63,779 nt of DNA, filler included, from Octopus bimaculoides (GCF_001194135.2; 6 parts of 6 records of this genome joined end to end with filler, not necessarily neighbours in it), one strand, 5' to 3'. Shown: positions 37,325 through 52,170, numbered from the whole stretch's first letter. Notes: generated from the letters alone by a model not told the origin. Program-made: numbers and translations.

Positions 37325-39773
37325 NNNNNNNNNNNNNNNNNNNNNNNNNNNNNNNNNNNNNNNNNNNNNNNNNNNNNNNNNNNNNNNNNNNNNNNNNNNN
37401 NNNNNNNNNNNNNNNNNNNNNNNNNNNNNNNNNNNNNNNNNNNNNNNNNNNNNNNNNNNNNNNNNNNNNNNNNNNNNNNNNNNNNNNNNNNNNNNNNNNN
37501 NNNNNNNNNNNNNNNNNNNNNNNNNNNNNNNNNNNNNNNNNNNNNNNNNNNNNNNNNNNNNNNNNNNNNNNNNATGAAAATCAAATGGAAATTGTAGTTG
37601 TGGTAACCATGGCATGTAAAAAGCACCATCTGAACTTGGTCAATTGCCAACGCCACCTTGACTGGCTTCCATGCTGGTGGCACTTAAAAAGCACCCACTA
37701 CACTCATGGAGTGGTTGGAATTAGGAAGGACATCCAGCTGCAGAAACACTGCCAGATGAGACTGGGGCCTGGTGCAGCCTCCTGACATCCCAGACCCCAT
37801 GGAAAACGGATGTTAAACAATGATGATGATGTAAGACCTGGTTGGAGATCCAACCTTCCGAGTTCTTTTACAGTGCTTAGAAAAACTGAAGAATCACTGC
37901 AATAAGTGTGTGAATCGGAGAGGGGAAGATACTGAATAAAATCATTGTTGACTGATCCTCCTGTACCTTATTTTACCCAAAGCCAGGAACTTTTCAACTA
38001 CCCCTTGTAACATAAATACCAGTTGAGCACTGGGGTTGATGTAATTTCTCCTGAAATTGCTGGCTTCCTGCCAAATTTTTAAGACATTGATCCTTCTTAT
38101 TTCTGGCATCGTTTTGCTACCTTCATATTTCAATATCTTCAAAATTTCTAATGACTTTTGTTTTTTCTTTCAATGAAAATAGTAATTATTTTTACCATTG
38201 GCAAATTTCACTTTTAAAAACTGTTTGAAAGAAAATTTAATCTGGCTAATAATATAGAAGAACTTTTCTATTGTGGAGAATGAACTCAATATGAGAAAAC
38301 AGCATTTGCCTGATGCCAAATTTGTGTCAATTGTGGCAATAAACCCATAGAAATTCGAATTTTTTAAGCCAGGTAGCCACACACACACACACACGCACAC
38401 GCACATATGTATGTATATATTTGTAGTGTAATATATGAACCCATAAACACGGCAAGCTGGCAGAAATGTTAGCACACCAGATGAAATGCTTTGCGGTATT
38501 TTGTCTGTCTTTACACTCTGAGTTCAAATTCTGCCGAGGTCAACTTTGCCTTTCATCCTTTTGGAGTCGATAAATTTATTACCATTTGTGTACTGAGGTC
38601 GATCTAATTGACTGGTACCCTCCCCCAAAATTTCAGGCCTTGTGCCTTGAGTAGAAAAGAAAATATGGACTCATAGAATCAGGTGGCTATCACAAGCTAG
38701 GATTTTCAGGAAAAAAGACAAGTTAATACACATTTTATAAAAACAATCTGTAAGTGGAACATGAAAAACATGCAAGACTTTTTAAAGTTCAACATGTAAC
38801 ACTTACCATTAATGTTATCCAAATTCTAGAGATGAAACTTTGTTAGTGTGTTAGAAACCAGCCCCTCCATTCTAAGAAGAATTCTAATGCAAAAGAAAAG
38901 ATGAAAAATACCTGCTTATGTACACATAAATAAATATATACACATGGAAACACTGAAGATATCCCATGACAGCAAGACTTTATTACAGAAAGATGCTCAA
39001 GTTTTATCCGCACTCATGATGTCTGAAATTGCTACACAAACTAAAAGTATTCACTCCTGTAGTTGCTGTTATTGAAAGACAGAAAGATCTGCTCAATGAT
39101 CTTCACACTTGTCGATGATGTAAAAAATCTTAAGACATTATCTGTGCTTCTGTTATCTTAGTACTATATCCATTGTAATTTTTTTTTTTTTTTTCACAAC
39201 CTAGTGGTTATTGTTAGAGTCCATACAACAGCAGGAAACATCGACATAATCATTATAATCCACAGTTTCTTTGTGGAGATTCTAAAGATCTGTGCTGGAG
39301 ACAGCTGAATTCAGTAATGACATTTTCAGCTGATACAAAGATGGAATTTAACCAAAGGAAATGTTCATATTTATTTGATCACATGGACATCATAAACTTG
39401 CTTCTCAACCCACTAAGATTTATTTTAACAATCTTTTTTTTCTCTCTTTGTTACATACAATTAGTTCAACAAATACCTTAGTACTGCCAAAAATGCATGA
39501 AACAAAAGATGCTGTGAACAAAGTTAGAGTGACCAAATAATTTTCTACTAAGCTTTAAAGAAATATGACTGTTGGAGTTTTCCTGCTGTAAGATAGTTTA
39601 TTTGCTGTATACCAGTACTGGTACTAACACCTGGAATACTTAATTGGGGTATTGAAGAAGTAGCTTCCCAACCACATGTTTCCATGTTCAGTCCCACTGC
39701 ATGGCACCTTGGGCAAGTATTTTCTACAATAGCCTTGTGATTCGATTTGATAGATGGAAACTGAAAGAAGCCC

Positions 39774-39823
<50 letters not shown>

Positions 39824-39842
39824 CTTTTCTATGTGTTTTGTA

Positions 39843-40555
39843 TCAGGTCATCCCATAAGTTCTGTCCGAATTTTGAATAAAGAAAACAGGTGATCAAATG
39901 TTATATTTAATTGAAATTTAATCATCAAAATACTTTTCCTGATTATCTACGACTTCCTTCCATCTATTTACAAGCTTTTTCATCCCATCAATGTAAAACT
40001 CTTTTGGCTTCAAAGCAAAGAACTCTGAAATGTCAGTTTTGACCTCCTCCTGGCTTGCGAAAGTTATGTCCCTCAAATGATTCTGTAAACTATGAAACAA
40101 ATGATAGTCTGAAGGAGCAAGGTCAGGAGAATAAGGTGGATGAGGAATTTTTTCCCAACCAAGCTCTTCGATCTTCTGTGATGTGAACTTTGCAGTGTGG
40201 GGTCATGCATTGTCCTGTTGAAACATCACTCCTTTTCGATTCTCTAAAGCGGATCTTTTTTTCTTCAAAGCTTGGTTCAAATGCTCTAATTGCTGACATT
40301 AGACTTGAGCATTGATTGTTGCATTAGGTGGTAACAATTCAAAGTGAATTACTCATTTTCAATCCCATCAGATAGAGAGAAGAACATTTTTCCCATGAAG
40401 TTCCCTTCTCAGTTGTGGTTGAGCTTTTTCCCCTTTTACCAAGCCTCTGTTTACGACGTTTAACATTTTGATAGAAGATCCATTTTTTGTCACCAGTCAC
40501 AAGTCTATCCAAAAAGGGTGAAATGAGTTCACAAGAATGGAGAGAAGAGCAGATG
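39843..40555 (-). mobile_element. Mariner transposase pseudogene, 3' half with TIR (same family as 29170-30114)
   Basis: LDRLVTGDKKWIFYQN...MFHSLQNHL...FFALKPKEFYIDGMKKLVNRWKEVVDNQEKYFDD-stop. Same TIR sequence after TA at 39841-42. Confidence 0.92.
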
Positions 40556-40569
40556 GTGGTGGTGGTGAT

Positions 40570-41100
40570 GATGAACCAAGTATTCAAAAGTGAAGAGAAT
40601 GACACCTTTTCAGTTGATAGTGAACTCTTCCAAAGGTTCTACTAAGATGGTAATATTGATGAGAAGTGTAGTCTGGACTCTCTTGCTAACTGCTACATCA
40701 TGAAACATTTTGAAAGCTATGCATCTACAAACCAAGAGAAGAAAACAATTACTAAACACCTAATGAACAAAAGAGACATCAATGCCCCAAAAGCCCCAAG
40801 ATATAATCATAAATGCTGGCTATGTTGTATTTCTGTGAAAGATATTTCACATGTGATCAGTAGCTATTCAAAAATGTCATTAAAATATCACCTTCCAAAG
40901 TGGTATATTAGTTGTTGCGAAAACAGTATACAATACAGTAAGAAAGACTTTCTTGACATACATATAGAAAATAGAGCTGTTAAGTAAATAATGGATATGT
41001 ATCATCATAAGGAATACTGATGAATCATTTCTGCAAAAACTTCCATCAAATGCAAACGTAACACAAGCCTGGTTGTATTGTTTTGAAAAAATTTACAAAT
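40570..41100 (+). mobile_element. Decayed RLE-type LINE fragment
   Basis: HFESYASTNQEKKTITKHLMNKR...KCWLCCISVKDISHVISS resembles the CCHC knuckle region of R4/CRE-like elements. Confidence 0.55.
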
Positions 41101-41257
41101 ATGTAGTCGCATGGGTCAACTGCCTAACAAGGTGTAATCATTTCTTTTAAAATCAATGAGAACAATAATGGGATGCAAGTACTTTTTGAAGTTCAAAAAT
41201 GCAACTCTTCCAGTTGGTTCTGTACAGTATACCTTCCTCTTTTAATTGTTACATACG

Positions 41258-41545
41258 TGGTGTGATCAATAAGTATCCGGACTGTTGCCATAGTAATGAA
41301 GCTAAAGCACACAGAGTAAAGCTACTTGGCACACATTGACCTTAAACTCTGCTGTGTATACACATTAAGTTTTAACGTTCTAGCTCACCTCAGCTGTTTA
41401 TAGCAGTGCTTGGAAGGAAGGTGTGTAATGTGTGATCAATGCATTGACCATGACAGAGTAAGCTGAGCAGAGAATTTGCATCAAATTTTGCCAAAAGCTT
41501 GGTGATACCTACTCAGAGGCCTATACAAAGTTTTCAAAATGTTTT
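41258..41545 (+). mobile_element. Mariner 5' end remnant
   Basis: Begins TA|CGTGGTGTGATCAATAAGTATCCGGAC, then encodes AEQRICIKFCQKLGDTYSEAY. Confidence 0.7.
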
Positions 41546-41774
41546 CATCATTCTTAACATAATCAAGAAGATCTTGTGCACCTGAAACCCAAGTGTCTTC
41601 TTGATCAGCTGAAAGCAGTTTTAGCACAAACTTGGCAGACACGTGTCTCAAATCCAGAAGGAGGTGGTGGTGGTGGCAGAGGAGGAAGGAGGAGGAGGAG
41701 GAGAAGAAAAAGAAGAAAAAGAATGCAGGAGTGGTATGACAGTAGCAGGATGTTGATGGAATTGTCTTAAATGG

Positions 41775-42470
41775 TCAAGTGACCTAAAAGTGACTTGTGG
41801 ATGATAGTAGTGATTGAAATCATTCTGAATAAATTCTTGAGGTGACTACAGGTTGTATCATCTCTGAATTGATAGAGGGAGAAGATTCTGAAGCTTGGTT
41901 GTTTGTTGTTGGTGCAAATGTCGATGTGTTCACTGAATGCTATTTGTCTGTTTTTAAGAATTTTGATCTGGGATCTGTGCAGAGCCATCCTTTGACGTAG
42001 ATGGTTTTTTTTTTTTGTTTGTTTGGCCTATGTATTGCTCTCGACACTCAGAGCAGGTTAATATGTATATCAGGTTCTCTGAAGCACATGTGAAGTTGCT
42101 TTTCACTGTGAAACGTTGACCCTGTTTGAAAGAGAACTTTGATCCCTCAATTAGATTGACGCATATACCAAAGTTAGGTCTTCTGCATTTTTTTACTGAT
42201 GGCTTCAGTGTTGTTGTTGAGCATATTCGGGCTTGTGTTAGGAGACTTTTCATAGATTTGGGCTGTCTCTTGCTTTTTATGATGGTGTGCGTTTGGAGAA
42301 TTAAATTTTTAGTAGAGGAATGTTTTGGAGGATGGTGTTGAAGGCTTCATTGTTAAGAGGGTTGTGTGTGGAGATGTATGGTAGGGTTTTGGTTGTAAAT
42401 CCTTCTTTAATTTGGGATGTCTGAGATCGTGGATGAGGAGTTGTCGGGCACATTGAAAGCATATGTCAAC
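41775..42470 (-). mobile_element. Penelope-like element remnant (linker plus GIY-YIG endonuclease)
   Basis: LPYISTHNPLNNEAFNTILQNIPLL...IIKSKRQPKSMKSLLTQAR...CRRPNFGIC...FTCASENLIYILTCSECREQYIGQTN (the IY...YIG motif). Confidence 0.85.
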
Positions 42471-42717
42471 ACACAAGAGTAAAAAAGGGAGACAGAGACA
42501 GGTTGAAAAAAGGAAAATGTCCCTTGCATTTGAAAACTATGGAAATATATTAAAAAAAAAAAACATTTCCTTTTATTTTTCCACAATTTAATTTTTTCAT
42601 ACTTTACTCTAAATTGAAAAAGTTGCAATGACTGAAGCCGGTACTAAAATGTTCTTCATGATAAAATTATTTTAGCCTTTTCTACCTTGTCTTATTTTCC
42701 TTATATATATGCGTATA

Positions 42718-42764
<47 letters not shown>

Positions 42765-43737
42765 GGGCAGCTGATGAAGGAAATATTCTCTATGTGGCCT
42801 ATGTAGATGTTGGTGTGTACATACAATTACGTATATATGCATATACTCACATATTATTTGTATTATTTATATATGTGTGTGTGTGTGCTTCATATTCAAT
42901 GAACAATATACCTCAGGCTTTTCTATTTGTTTTCTCCTCCTTTATTAGTTGCCCTCACTATGGTGTAGAGACAAAAGCTCCTTAATAGACCATATACACA
43001 CACACACATGTATATATATTACATTCAGTGTAATATTGATTCCAGGTTTGATCCTATTGCACAGCTGTGCAATAGGATCAAACCTGGAATCATGTAGCTC
43101 AAAACAAACCATTTAACCGCACAGCCTGTCATTACTGAGTCAATATAAGTAAGTCTGTGTTTGTAGGTATATTACTGTATCTAAGTATATTCATGTATAT
43201 GAGTATTTTCATCTACTGTTTATTATCATTAGTGTTTGATGATGTAGACTAATGAAAGACAAATCTAATTGTCTTCAACAGTTCTTCTTATTAGAGTCAT
43301 AACACCAGGATTTGTTTGTTCTTTGACTGGAGACTTGTAAGTGAAATTGGGTAAGTCAGTATAGAAGCTTGTCAAATGGTTTATAACTATTCTTGGAAAA
43401 TAGTCTAAATCCATTGCTGACTTTAACAGCCCATCAGCATCACCATTATCAAGCCTTTGGGTGACTTTAGCTCAGTCCACTTAGTTGAAAGCATTCAAAT
43501 GAGAAAATTTCTTATCTAGATTACTCAGTCAAAATGAATGGCTTTTTGCTACAGAAACTCACAAACTTTGACTTTTTAATTCCTTTGCCTCCATCAGCTT
43601 TTAACCTTTTAGCTTTTAACCTTTTAGCTTTTAAACAAACCGTATATGGACCAAATATTTGACCTGTTTTATGTTCAAACTGACCAGATCTGACCTGTCA
43701 CACCAACCTTACAATGTCTTATAGAAATAAACAATCG

Positions 43738-43889
43738 GATGCGCAGGAGTAGCTGTGTGGTAAGAAACTTGCTTCCCAACCACATGGTTCCAGGTTCAGT
43801 CCTACTGCGTGGCACCTTGGGCAAGTGTTTTCTATTATAGCCTCAAGCTGGCCAAAGCCTTGCAGATGGAAAGCTGGAAGAAGCCTGTC

Positions 43890-43921
<32 letters not shown>

Positions 43922-44101
43922 GTATGTATGTATATNNNNNNNNNNNNNNNNNNNNNNNNNNNNNNNNNNNNNNNNNNNNNNNNNNNNNNNNNNNNNNNNN
44001 NNNNNNNNNNNNNNNNNNNNNNNNNNNNNNNNNNNNNNNNNNNNNNNNNNNNNNNNNNNNNNNNNNNNNNNNNNNNNNNNNNNNNNNNNNNNNNNNNNNN
44101 N

Positions 44102-44145
<44 letters not shown>

Positions 44146-44567
44146 TATATATATATGTGTCTGTTGTCTGTGTCTGTCCCCCCACCATCGCTTGACAACC
44201 GATGTGTGTTTACGTCCCTGTCACTTAGCAGTTCAGCAAAAAGTGACCAATACAATAAGTACAAGGCTTACAAAGAATAAGTGCTGGGCTCGATTTGTTC
44301 GACTAAAGTCAGTACTCTAGCATGGCCGCAGTTAAATGACTGAAACAAGTAAAAAAATATGACTAAAAAAAGAATAAATCACATCACTGAAATCTTGAAG
44401 TTTATGAGATAATGCATAATTAATTCAAAGCTTAGTACTTATTCTATCGGTCTCTTTTGCTGAACCGCTAAGTTACGGAGTTAAGGGTACGTAAACACAC
44501 CAGCATCAGTTGTCAAGCAATGGTAGGAGGACAAGCACACAGACGGATACAGACAGACACACACACT

Positions 44568-44611
<44 letters not shown>

Positions 44612-45195
44612 NNNNNNNNNNNNNNNNNNNNNNNNNNNNNNNNNNNNNNNNNNNNNNNNNNNNNNNNNNNNNNNNNNNNNNNNNNNNNNNNNNNNNNNNN
44701 NNNNNNNNNNNNNNNNNNNNNNNNNNNNNNNNNNNNNNNNNNNNNNNNNNNNNNNNNNNNNNNNNNNNNNNNNNNNNNNNNNNNNNNNNNNNNNNNNNNN
44801 NNNNNNNNNNNNNNNNNNNNNNNNNNNNNNNNNNNNNNNNNNNNNNNNNNNNNNNNNNNNNNNNNNNNNNNNNNNNNNNNNNNNNNNNNNNNNNNNNNNN
44901 NNNNNNNNNNNNNNNNNNNNNNNNNNNNNNNNNNNNNNNNNNNNNNNNNNNNNNNNNNNNNNNNNNNNNNNNNNNNNNNNNNNNTATATATATGTACATA
45001 TATATATATATATATGTACATATATATATATATATATGTACATATATATATATACAACTGGCTTCTGTCAGTTTGTCTACCAAATCCACTCACAAGGCTT
45101 TGGTCAGCCCAACACTATAGTAGAAGACACGTGCCCAAGGTGCAATGCAGTGAGACTGAACCCGGAACCATGTGGTTGGTAAGGAAGCTACTTAC
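43738..45195. mobile_element. Tail-to-tail (convergent) pair of SINE family A copies
   Basis: Plus-strand copy 43738-44360 and minus-strand copy 44410-45195. Confidence 0.75.
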
Positions 45196-45460
45196 TTATA
45201 TGTATGTATAATTAAATCGTTATATTGTAAACCATGCCACTAAGAAAGAAATATCTTCAAGATAGCATGTTAGTACTAGCATGAGTTCAATGTCATATAT
45301 TTGTAAGCAAGAGAAGTATGGTTTGACAGTGGATACATAATTACTTTTTCATTTTTATTTTAAATTGCTGTTTACAAGTGCATGGTGTTTAGTAATGTCT
45401 ATATGATGATAATCTTACCTTTTAATTGATTATATATGTATATAAGCATGTTTATGCTTG

Positions 45461-45509
<49 letters not shown>

Positions 45510-45523
45510 TTATNNNNNNNNNN

Positions 45524-45563
<40 letters not shown>

Positions 45564-46277
45564 TTATACATATATGTATATATATTTACATATATATATG
45601 TGTATGCAAACATATATACGATCACACATTCACACACGCACACAGAGAGAGAAAGAGAGAGAGTGTGGGAGATAGATAGATTGATAGACAGAGATAGATA
45701 GGCAATTAGATAGATGTTTGTGTGTGTGTGGCGTGTGTGTGTGCGTGTGTGTGTGTGTGTGTACAGGTATAATTAAATGAATGTGCATAAATCCACCTAA
45801 TATTTTTTTTTTGTCTCCATACTGGAATGGGCTGGACAGCTGGACAGGATCCAATGGGACAGACGACCTCACCTTGATCCAGTGCATTCACCTTAGCATG
45901 GATTTTAAGGTGATATGCCTTTCCTAAAACTGACCACTTTACAGAGTGTACTGGGTGTATTTTCTACTGAGGTTGTTGATAGAACCCTTTCCAAGACTAA
46001 AACCCCTTTCAAAGACTTAAAGAGCACTCTATAAGACTAAGGAGGCTTCTCAAGTCTTACATGGTCACTGCACTATTCAATTTAGCAACGGCTTACGGAG
46101 TGTACTGGGTGCTTTTTCAGTGGTAGTGCCACTAGTGGAGGTTGCCTTTAGCTGACAATTTCGAAGAGAGACTGAAAGATTACCAGTTAAAGTATGACAA
46201 GAAATAGATTTATTGCTGAATATCTATATCTATGTCTCTATGCACACACACACGCATATATATTTACACACACACAC

Positions 46278-46323
<46 letters not shown>

Positions 46324-46839
46324 GTGCATGTATGTATTGGTATGTAATGATATACATGTGTGTGTGTGTGTGTGTGTGTTCATATATGTGTGTGCATTCA
46401 TATATGTGTGTGGCACAGCAGGGGTGTTGTGTGTGTATTCATAAAAATCATAGCATTTTACACTTTTTTTTTTTTTTTGCCTTGGTAAATAACCATTCAG
46501 CTAAAAACATTCTATGTAAAGAAAGCTATAAAAATAGTGTTTATTATAATGTTACACGAAGAGAATAATTAAGCTTCTGTTCTCGTTGTATTGTGCATTA
46601 CAGACAATGTTCTAAATTATATACATCATTGTAGAGTTCAGCTTCGATAATCCATTTCTTTCGTAAATTGCCATGTGTCTTTAATACTCCTGTTGTATGT
46701 AAATTTGAGATATTTTCTGACATTGTGATATATAAATATGTGTGTGTGGGTTTGGGTGTGTGTGTGTGCGCGTTTGTGTTCGTGCACGCACGCACACACA
46801 CTCATATATATATGAACATTCTAGCCACATTTCATTTCT

Positions 46840-47087
46840 TAATTCCTGTTACAAATGGAGAAATTGATGAGGTGTTTGAATATCTCAATGGATTTTTTTT
46901 GTTTATTTTCATCTATATATTTATGTATATAAACATACATATATGTGTTTTGTGTGTGTGTGCGCGTATGTGTATATATACATATACATACATACATATA
47001 TGTATATATATATATACATACACATACACACACACACACACATATATATATACACATACATACACACACACATATATATACATACAT

Positions 47088-47118
<31 letters not shown>

Positions 47119-47560
47119 CATACATACACATACACACACACATATATATACATACATACATACATACATACATACACACATGTATGTATGTATGTATTTA
47201 CAGTTTTACTCAGAGAGGAAATGAAGTTGTCCATGATATTTATGCCTGTCCTCTTAGATTTGTGCTTGTAGGTGGAGAAGACTGAAGAAGCAGTGAAGAA
47301 ACTATATTCACAGTTTATCTTCAGACAGAAACCTTGATCCAAATGATTTCAGTAGAGGGAATCCTGCAGAAGATATCAAAGAACCAGGTGGTAGTGTGAA
47401 ATTGGTTGATAGATTAAATTTATCACTTTGAATCAGGTACGGATTCAATGATATCTTGGGGACCTCTGTGCACTTTTCAATCACTGAATTGCACTTGCCT
47501 GACATGGGTTGAATCTGGGGCTATTGAGAAGACAGTTGCTAAAGCTGCTGCAAAATAAAT
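46840..47560 (+). mobile_element. Possible very decayed CR1/L2 LINE split by a microsatellite
   Basis: NLDPNDFSRGNPAEDIKE loosely resembles the L.PNKS.GPD.IP..FIK linker. Multiple stops. Confidence 0.25.
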
Positions 47561-48247
47561 GTGAGGCAGGAACTCAATTTTATCTTGGATATACCTAGGC
47601 AAGGCTGTGTGATTCAGAACATTACTTTTTAATCATGGGAGTTCAGGTTCAATCCCACAACATTGCACCTTGCTCAAGTGTCTTCTACAGTAATCATGGG
47701 TTGACCAATACCCTGTGAGAGGATTTTGTAGATGGAAACTATGTGGAAGCCCATCATGAGAGTGTGTGTGTGTGTGTGTAAGCAACAACAAAGAAAGAAT
47801 GCACTGCATTATGATTAGATGTCTTTGCTATCTTGCATTGATGTGTACAATTTCACAAGTTTAAAAATTTACCTGCAAAAAAACTGTGTCATCCATATAC
47901 AGTGAAAAATGTATCTATCATTTGCTTAGTGTCTTGGAGACCAGAGATAATGATCCTCTTATATCTTTTATCATTATTTAATTTTCCAAAGGAGTCAAAC
48001 TGACAGAATCGTTAGCATGTTGGGCAAAATGCTTTGTGGCATTTTGTCCTTTACACTCTGAGTTGCTGCCGAGGTCAACTTTTCCTTTCATCCTTTCAAA
48101 GTCGATAAAATAGGTACCAGTTGAGCAATGGGGTTGGTCTAGTCGACTTAGAATCTATCAACTGCAGCCATGCTGGAGCACCACCTTTTGTTGAATAAAA
48201 GAATATATACATACATACATACATACATGTATATATATCTATCTATC

Positions 48248-48324
<77 letters not shown>

Positions 48325-49014
48325 NNNNNNNNNNNNNNNNNNNNNNNNNNNNNNNNNNNNNNNNNNNNNNNNNNNNNNNNNNNNNNNNNNNNNNNNNNNN
48401 NNNNNNNNNNNNNNNNNNNNNNNNNNNNNNNNNNNNNNNNNNNNNNNNNNNNNNNNNNNNNNNNNNNNNNNNNNNNNNNNNNNNNNNNNNNNNNNNNNNN
48501 NNNNNNNNNNNNNNNNNNNNNNNNNNNNNNNNNNNNNNNNNNNNNNNNNNNNNNNNNNNNNNNNNNNNNNNNNNNNNNNNNNNNNNNNNNNNNNNNNNNN
48601 NNNNNNNNNNNNNNNNNNNNNNNNNNNNNNNNNNNNNNNNNNNNNNNNNNNNNNNNNNNNNNNNNNNNNNNNNNNNNNNNNNNNNNNNNNNNNNNNNNNN
48701 NNNNNNNNNNNNNNNNNNNNNNNNNNNNNNNNNNNNNNNNNNNNNNNNNNNNNNNNNNNNNNNNNNNNNNNNNNNNNNNNNNNNNNNNNNNNNNNNNNNN
48801 NNNNNNNNNNNNNNNNNNNNNNNNNNNNNNNNNNNNNNNNNNNNNNNNNNNNNNNNNNNNNNNNNNNNNNNNNNNNNNNNNNNNNNNNNNNNNNNNNNNN
48901 NNNNNNNNNNNNNNNNNNNNNNNNNNNNNNNNNNNNNNNNNNNNNNNNNNNNNNNNNNNNNNNNNNNNNNNNNNNNNNNNNNNNNNNNNNNNNNNNNNNN
49001 NNNNNNNNNNNNNN

Positions 49015-49341
49015 CTGAACGGGTCTTTATGAAATTTGGAAAATATATTCTATGTATAACGGCCATAACTCCCATGAAAATTCATATATTTTTGATGTTG
49101 ATGAAATTTTAACCCGAACATAACAGATGAGCATTATTTGTAATTCAACGGTACAACGGTGTAAGACTACCCTTTCAGATATACTTACATTGGGATTTCT
49201 GCAATGTGGTGCATAAATTGTCAAGTAGAATGTAGAAATATGGTATCGTAGCTACTAACAGTTGAGGGTTGCGTAGTCTAGACGGCGTTTTTAGATTTCA
49301 TTATTCTCTTTAACCCGGGCAAAGCCGGGTATTTCTGCTAG
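49015..49341 (+). mobile_element. Non-autonomous Helitron 3' end
   Basis: GC-rich hairpin ACCCGGGC-AAA-GCCGGGT (49313-49330) followed 7 nt later by CTAG|T. Confidence 0.7.
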
Positions 49342-49553
49342 TATATATATATATATATGTATGTATGTATATTCTTTTATTCTTTCATTTGTTTTAGTCA
49401 TTTGACTGTGGCCATGATGGAGCACCACCTTTAAGTCAAACAAATTGACTCCAGGACTTATTCTTTGTACGCCTAGTACTTATTCTATCAGTCTCTTTTG
49501 CCAAACCACTAAGTTAGGTGGATGTAAACTCAAGCGATGGTTGGAGACAAACC

Positions 49554-49606
<53 letters not shown>

Positions 49607-51089
49607 ACACAACGGGCTTCATTCAATTTCTGCCTACCAAATCCACTCACAAGACTTTAGTCGGTCCAAGGCTATAGCAGAAGACACTTGCCATAGGTGC
49701 CATGCAGTGGGACTGAACCCGGAACAATGTAGTTGGGAAGCAAGTTTCTTACCACACAGCCATGCATATATATATATATATATATATAGCAACACCTGTC
49801 ATTGGAAGGGACAGAGAAGAGAGCAAATAAAATGAGATAGAATAAATGTTACATAGAAATACATACCAAGTCATTAGGCAATGATTTTTATCGTATGTGT
49901 TTGTATGAGATTTAGTGTTTAAGAATGTATATGAAGCAGTTATGAAGAGCAAGCAGGAAAAATGTATTAAATGTAATACTTGATATATGAAAGACAAAGA
50001 TAAAATTAATTATTGAAACTGTAAAACAATAATTGTGAAAGGAACTGTGGAAGAAATTTGAAGAAAACATTAAAAGAGTAAATCTTATAAATATCTGAGA
50101 AAATGCTTTGAAGTGATGGCTTGTGTTGTTCATCAAAGATCAAGTAACTGTGCCAAAAGTTGGTTTGTGTAAAAGTATTGGACAGTAAGAGGTGAGAGAC
50201 GTGCGAGGAGATTCAGTGTACATGACCAACCGGAAACAGTAACAAACAAAATATTTCATGAATAATGTGTGTGTGTGCATATGTTTGTGTGTGTATGTCT
50301 CCTTGTCTGTCTGTCTCTTTCATGTATACGTATATACATGCACACATCCGTACAAAAAAGACAGACAGACAGACAGACAGAAACGGACACATTATTCATG
50401 AAATACCATATATGTATATATGTATATATATATATATATATGTATATATATGTATATATGTATATATGTATATATATGTATATATGTATATATATATGTA
50501 TATATATGTATATATGTATATATATGTATATATGTATATATATGTATATATATGTATATATATGTATATATATGTATATATGTATATATATGTATATATA
50601 TGTATATGTATATATGTATATATATGTATATATATNNNNNNNNNNNNNNNNNNNNNNNNNNNNNNNNNNNNNNNNNNNNTTAATTAATTAANNNNNNNNN
50701 NNNNNNNNNNNNNNNNNNNNNNNNNNNNNNNNNNNCACACACACATATAATCCTCTCACACCATCTCCGATGAAGGGATATAATAAATATCCTGGAAACA
50801 GCTGTAAGATCTATTTATAAATGTTCTATAATGTACACAGACTTTGTTTTTTTATCTCATTACGAAAAGTAAATCCTTATATATATATATATATATATAT
50901 CATCAGATATATATATATATATATAGGTGTGGTCGTGGCAATATAGGCTTAGATGTGGCTATATAAGCACAGACGTGGTAATATATTTGCAAGCGTGGGT
51001 ATATGGGTGGAGACGTGGTTGTGTGGTAAGAAGCTTACTTCGTAACTAAGTATCTATTGCATTTTTTCTTCTCCATTTATTTATATATA

Positions 51090-52170
51090 GGCGCAGGAAT
51101 GGCTGTGTGGTAGGAAGCTTGCTTCATAACCACATGGTTCCAGGTTCAGTCCCACTCATGTCACCTTGGGCAAGTATCTTCTACTATAGCCTCGGACCGA
51201 CCAAAGCCTTGTGAGTGGATTTGGTAAATGGAAACTGAAAGAAGCCTGTCGTATGTGCGTGTGTGAGTGTGTGTGTGTGTCTATGTTTGTCCACCTTCCG
51301 TTGCTTGACAACCAGTGTTGGTGTGTTTACATCCCTGAAACTTAGTGGTTCGGAAAAAGAGACCGAGAGAATAACTACTGGGCCTACAAAGAAAAAATCC
51401 TGGGGTCGATTTCTTCAACTAAAAGGCAGTGCTCCAGCATGGCCACAGTCAAATGACTGAAACAAGTAAAAGAATAAAAGAACATGTGCGTGTGTGTGTG
51501 TGTATAGATACATATCATCATCGTTTAACGTCTGTTTTCCATGCTGGCATGGGTTGGATGGTTTGACTGCGGACTGGCAAGCCAGGAGGCTGCACCAGGC
51601 TCCAGTCTGATCTGGTAATGTTTCTACAGCTCGTTGCCCTTCCTATCACTAATAACTCCGAGTGTGTAGTGGGTGCTCTTTTACCTGCCACCGGCACAGG
51701 GGCCAGTCAGGCGGCACTGGCAATGACCACGCTCAAATGGTGCCTTTTATGTTCCACCAGCACAGGATCCAGTCTGGCGCTACTGGATATACTCTCTTTA
51801 CTCTTTTAGTTGTCTCAGTCATTTGACTGTGGCCATGCTGGAGCACCACCTTTAGTCAAGCAAATCGACCCCAGGACTTATTCTTTGTAAGCCTAGTACT
51901 TATTCTAACGGGCTCTTTTGCTGAACCGCTAAGTTACGGGGACGTAAACACACCAGCATCGGTCGTCAAATGATGTTGGGGGACAAACACAGACACACAC
52001 ACATATATATACGATGGGCTTCTTTCAGTTTCCGTCTACCAAATCCACTCACAAAGCTTTGGTCAGCCCGAGGCTATAGTAGAAGACACTTGCCCAAGGT
52101 GCCACGCAGTGGGACTGAACCTAGAACCATGTAGTTCGTAAGCAAGCTACTTACCACACAGCCACTCCTA
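51090..52170. mobile_element. SINE-A (+), family D (-) and SINE-A (-) cluster
   Basis: Same consensus blocks as the other copies. Confidence 0.75.

Noticed and set aside
38940-39420. Unique-looking sequence with a hydrophobic minus-strand peptide (KKLWIIMIMSMFPAVVWTLTITT)
   Set aside because: Stops occur in all frames within ~40 codons, with no consistent splice sites or recognisable family.
42765-42810. CTGATGA next to the Penelope remnant as another hammerhead
   Set aside because: No downstream GAAAC or pairing stems; at best a broken remnant.
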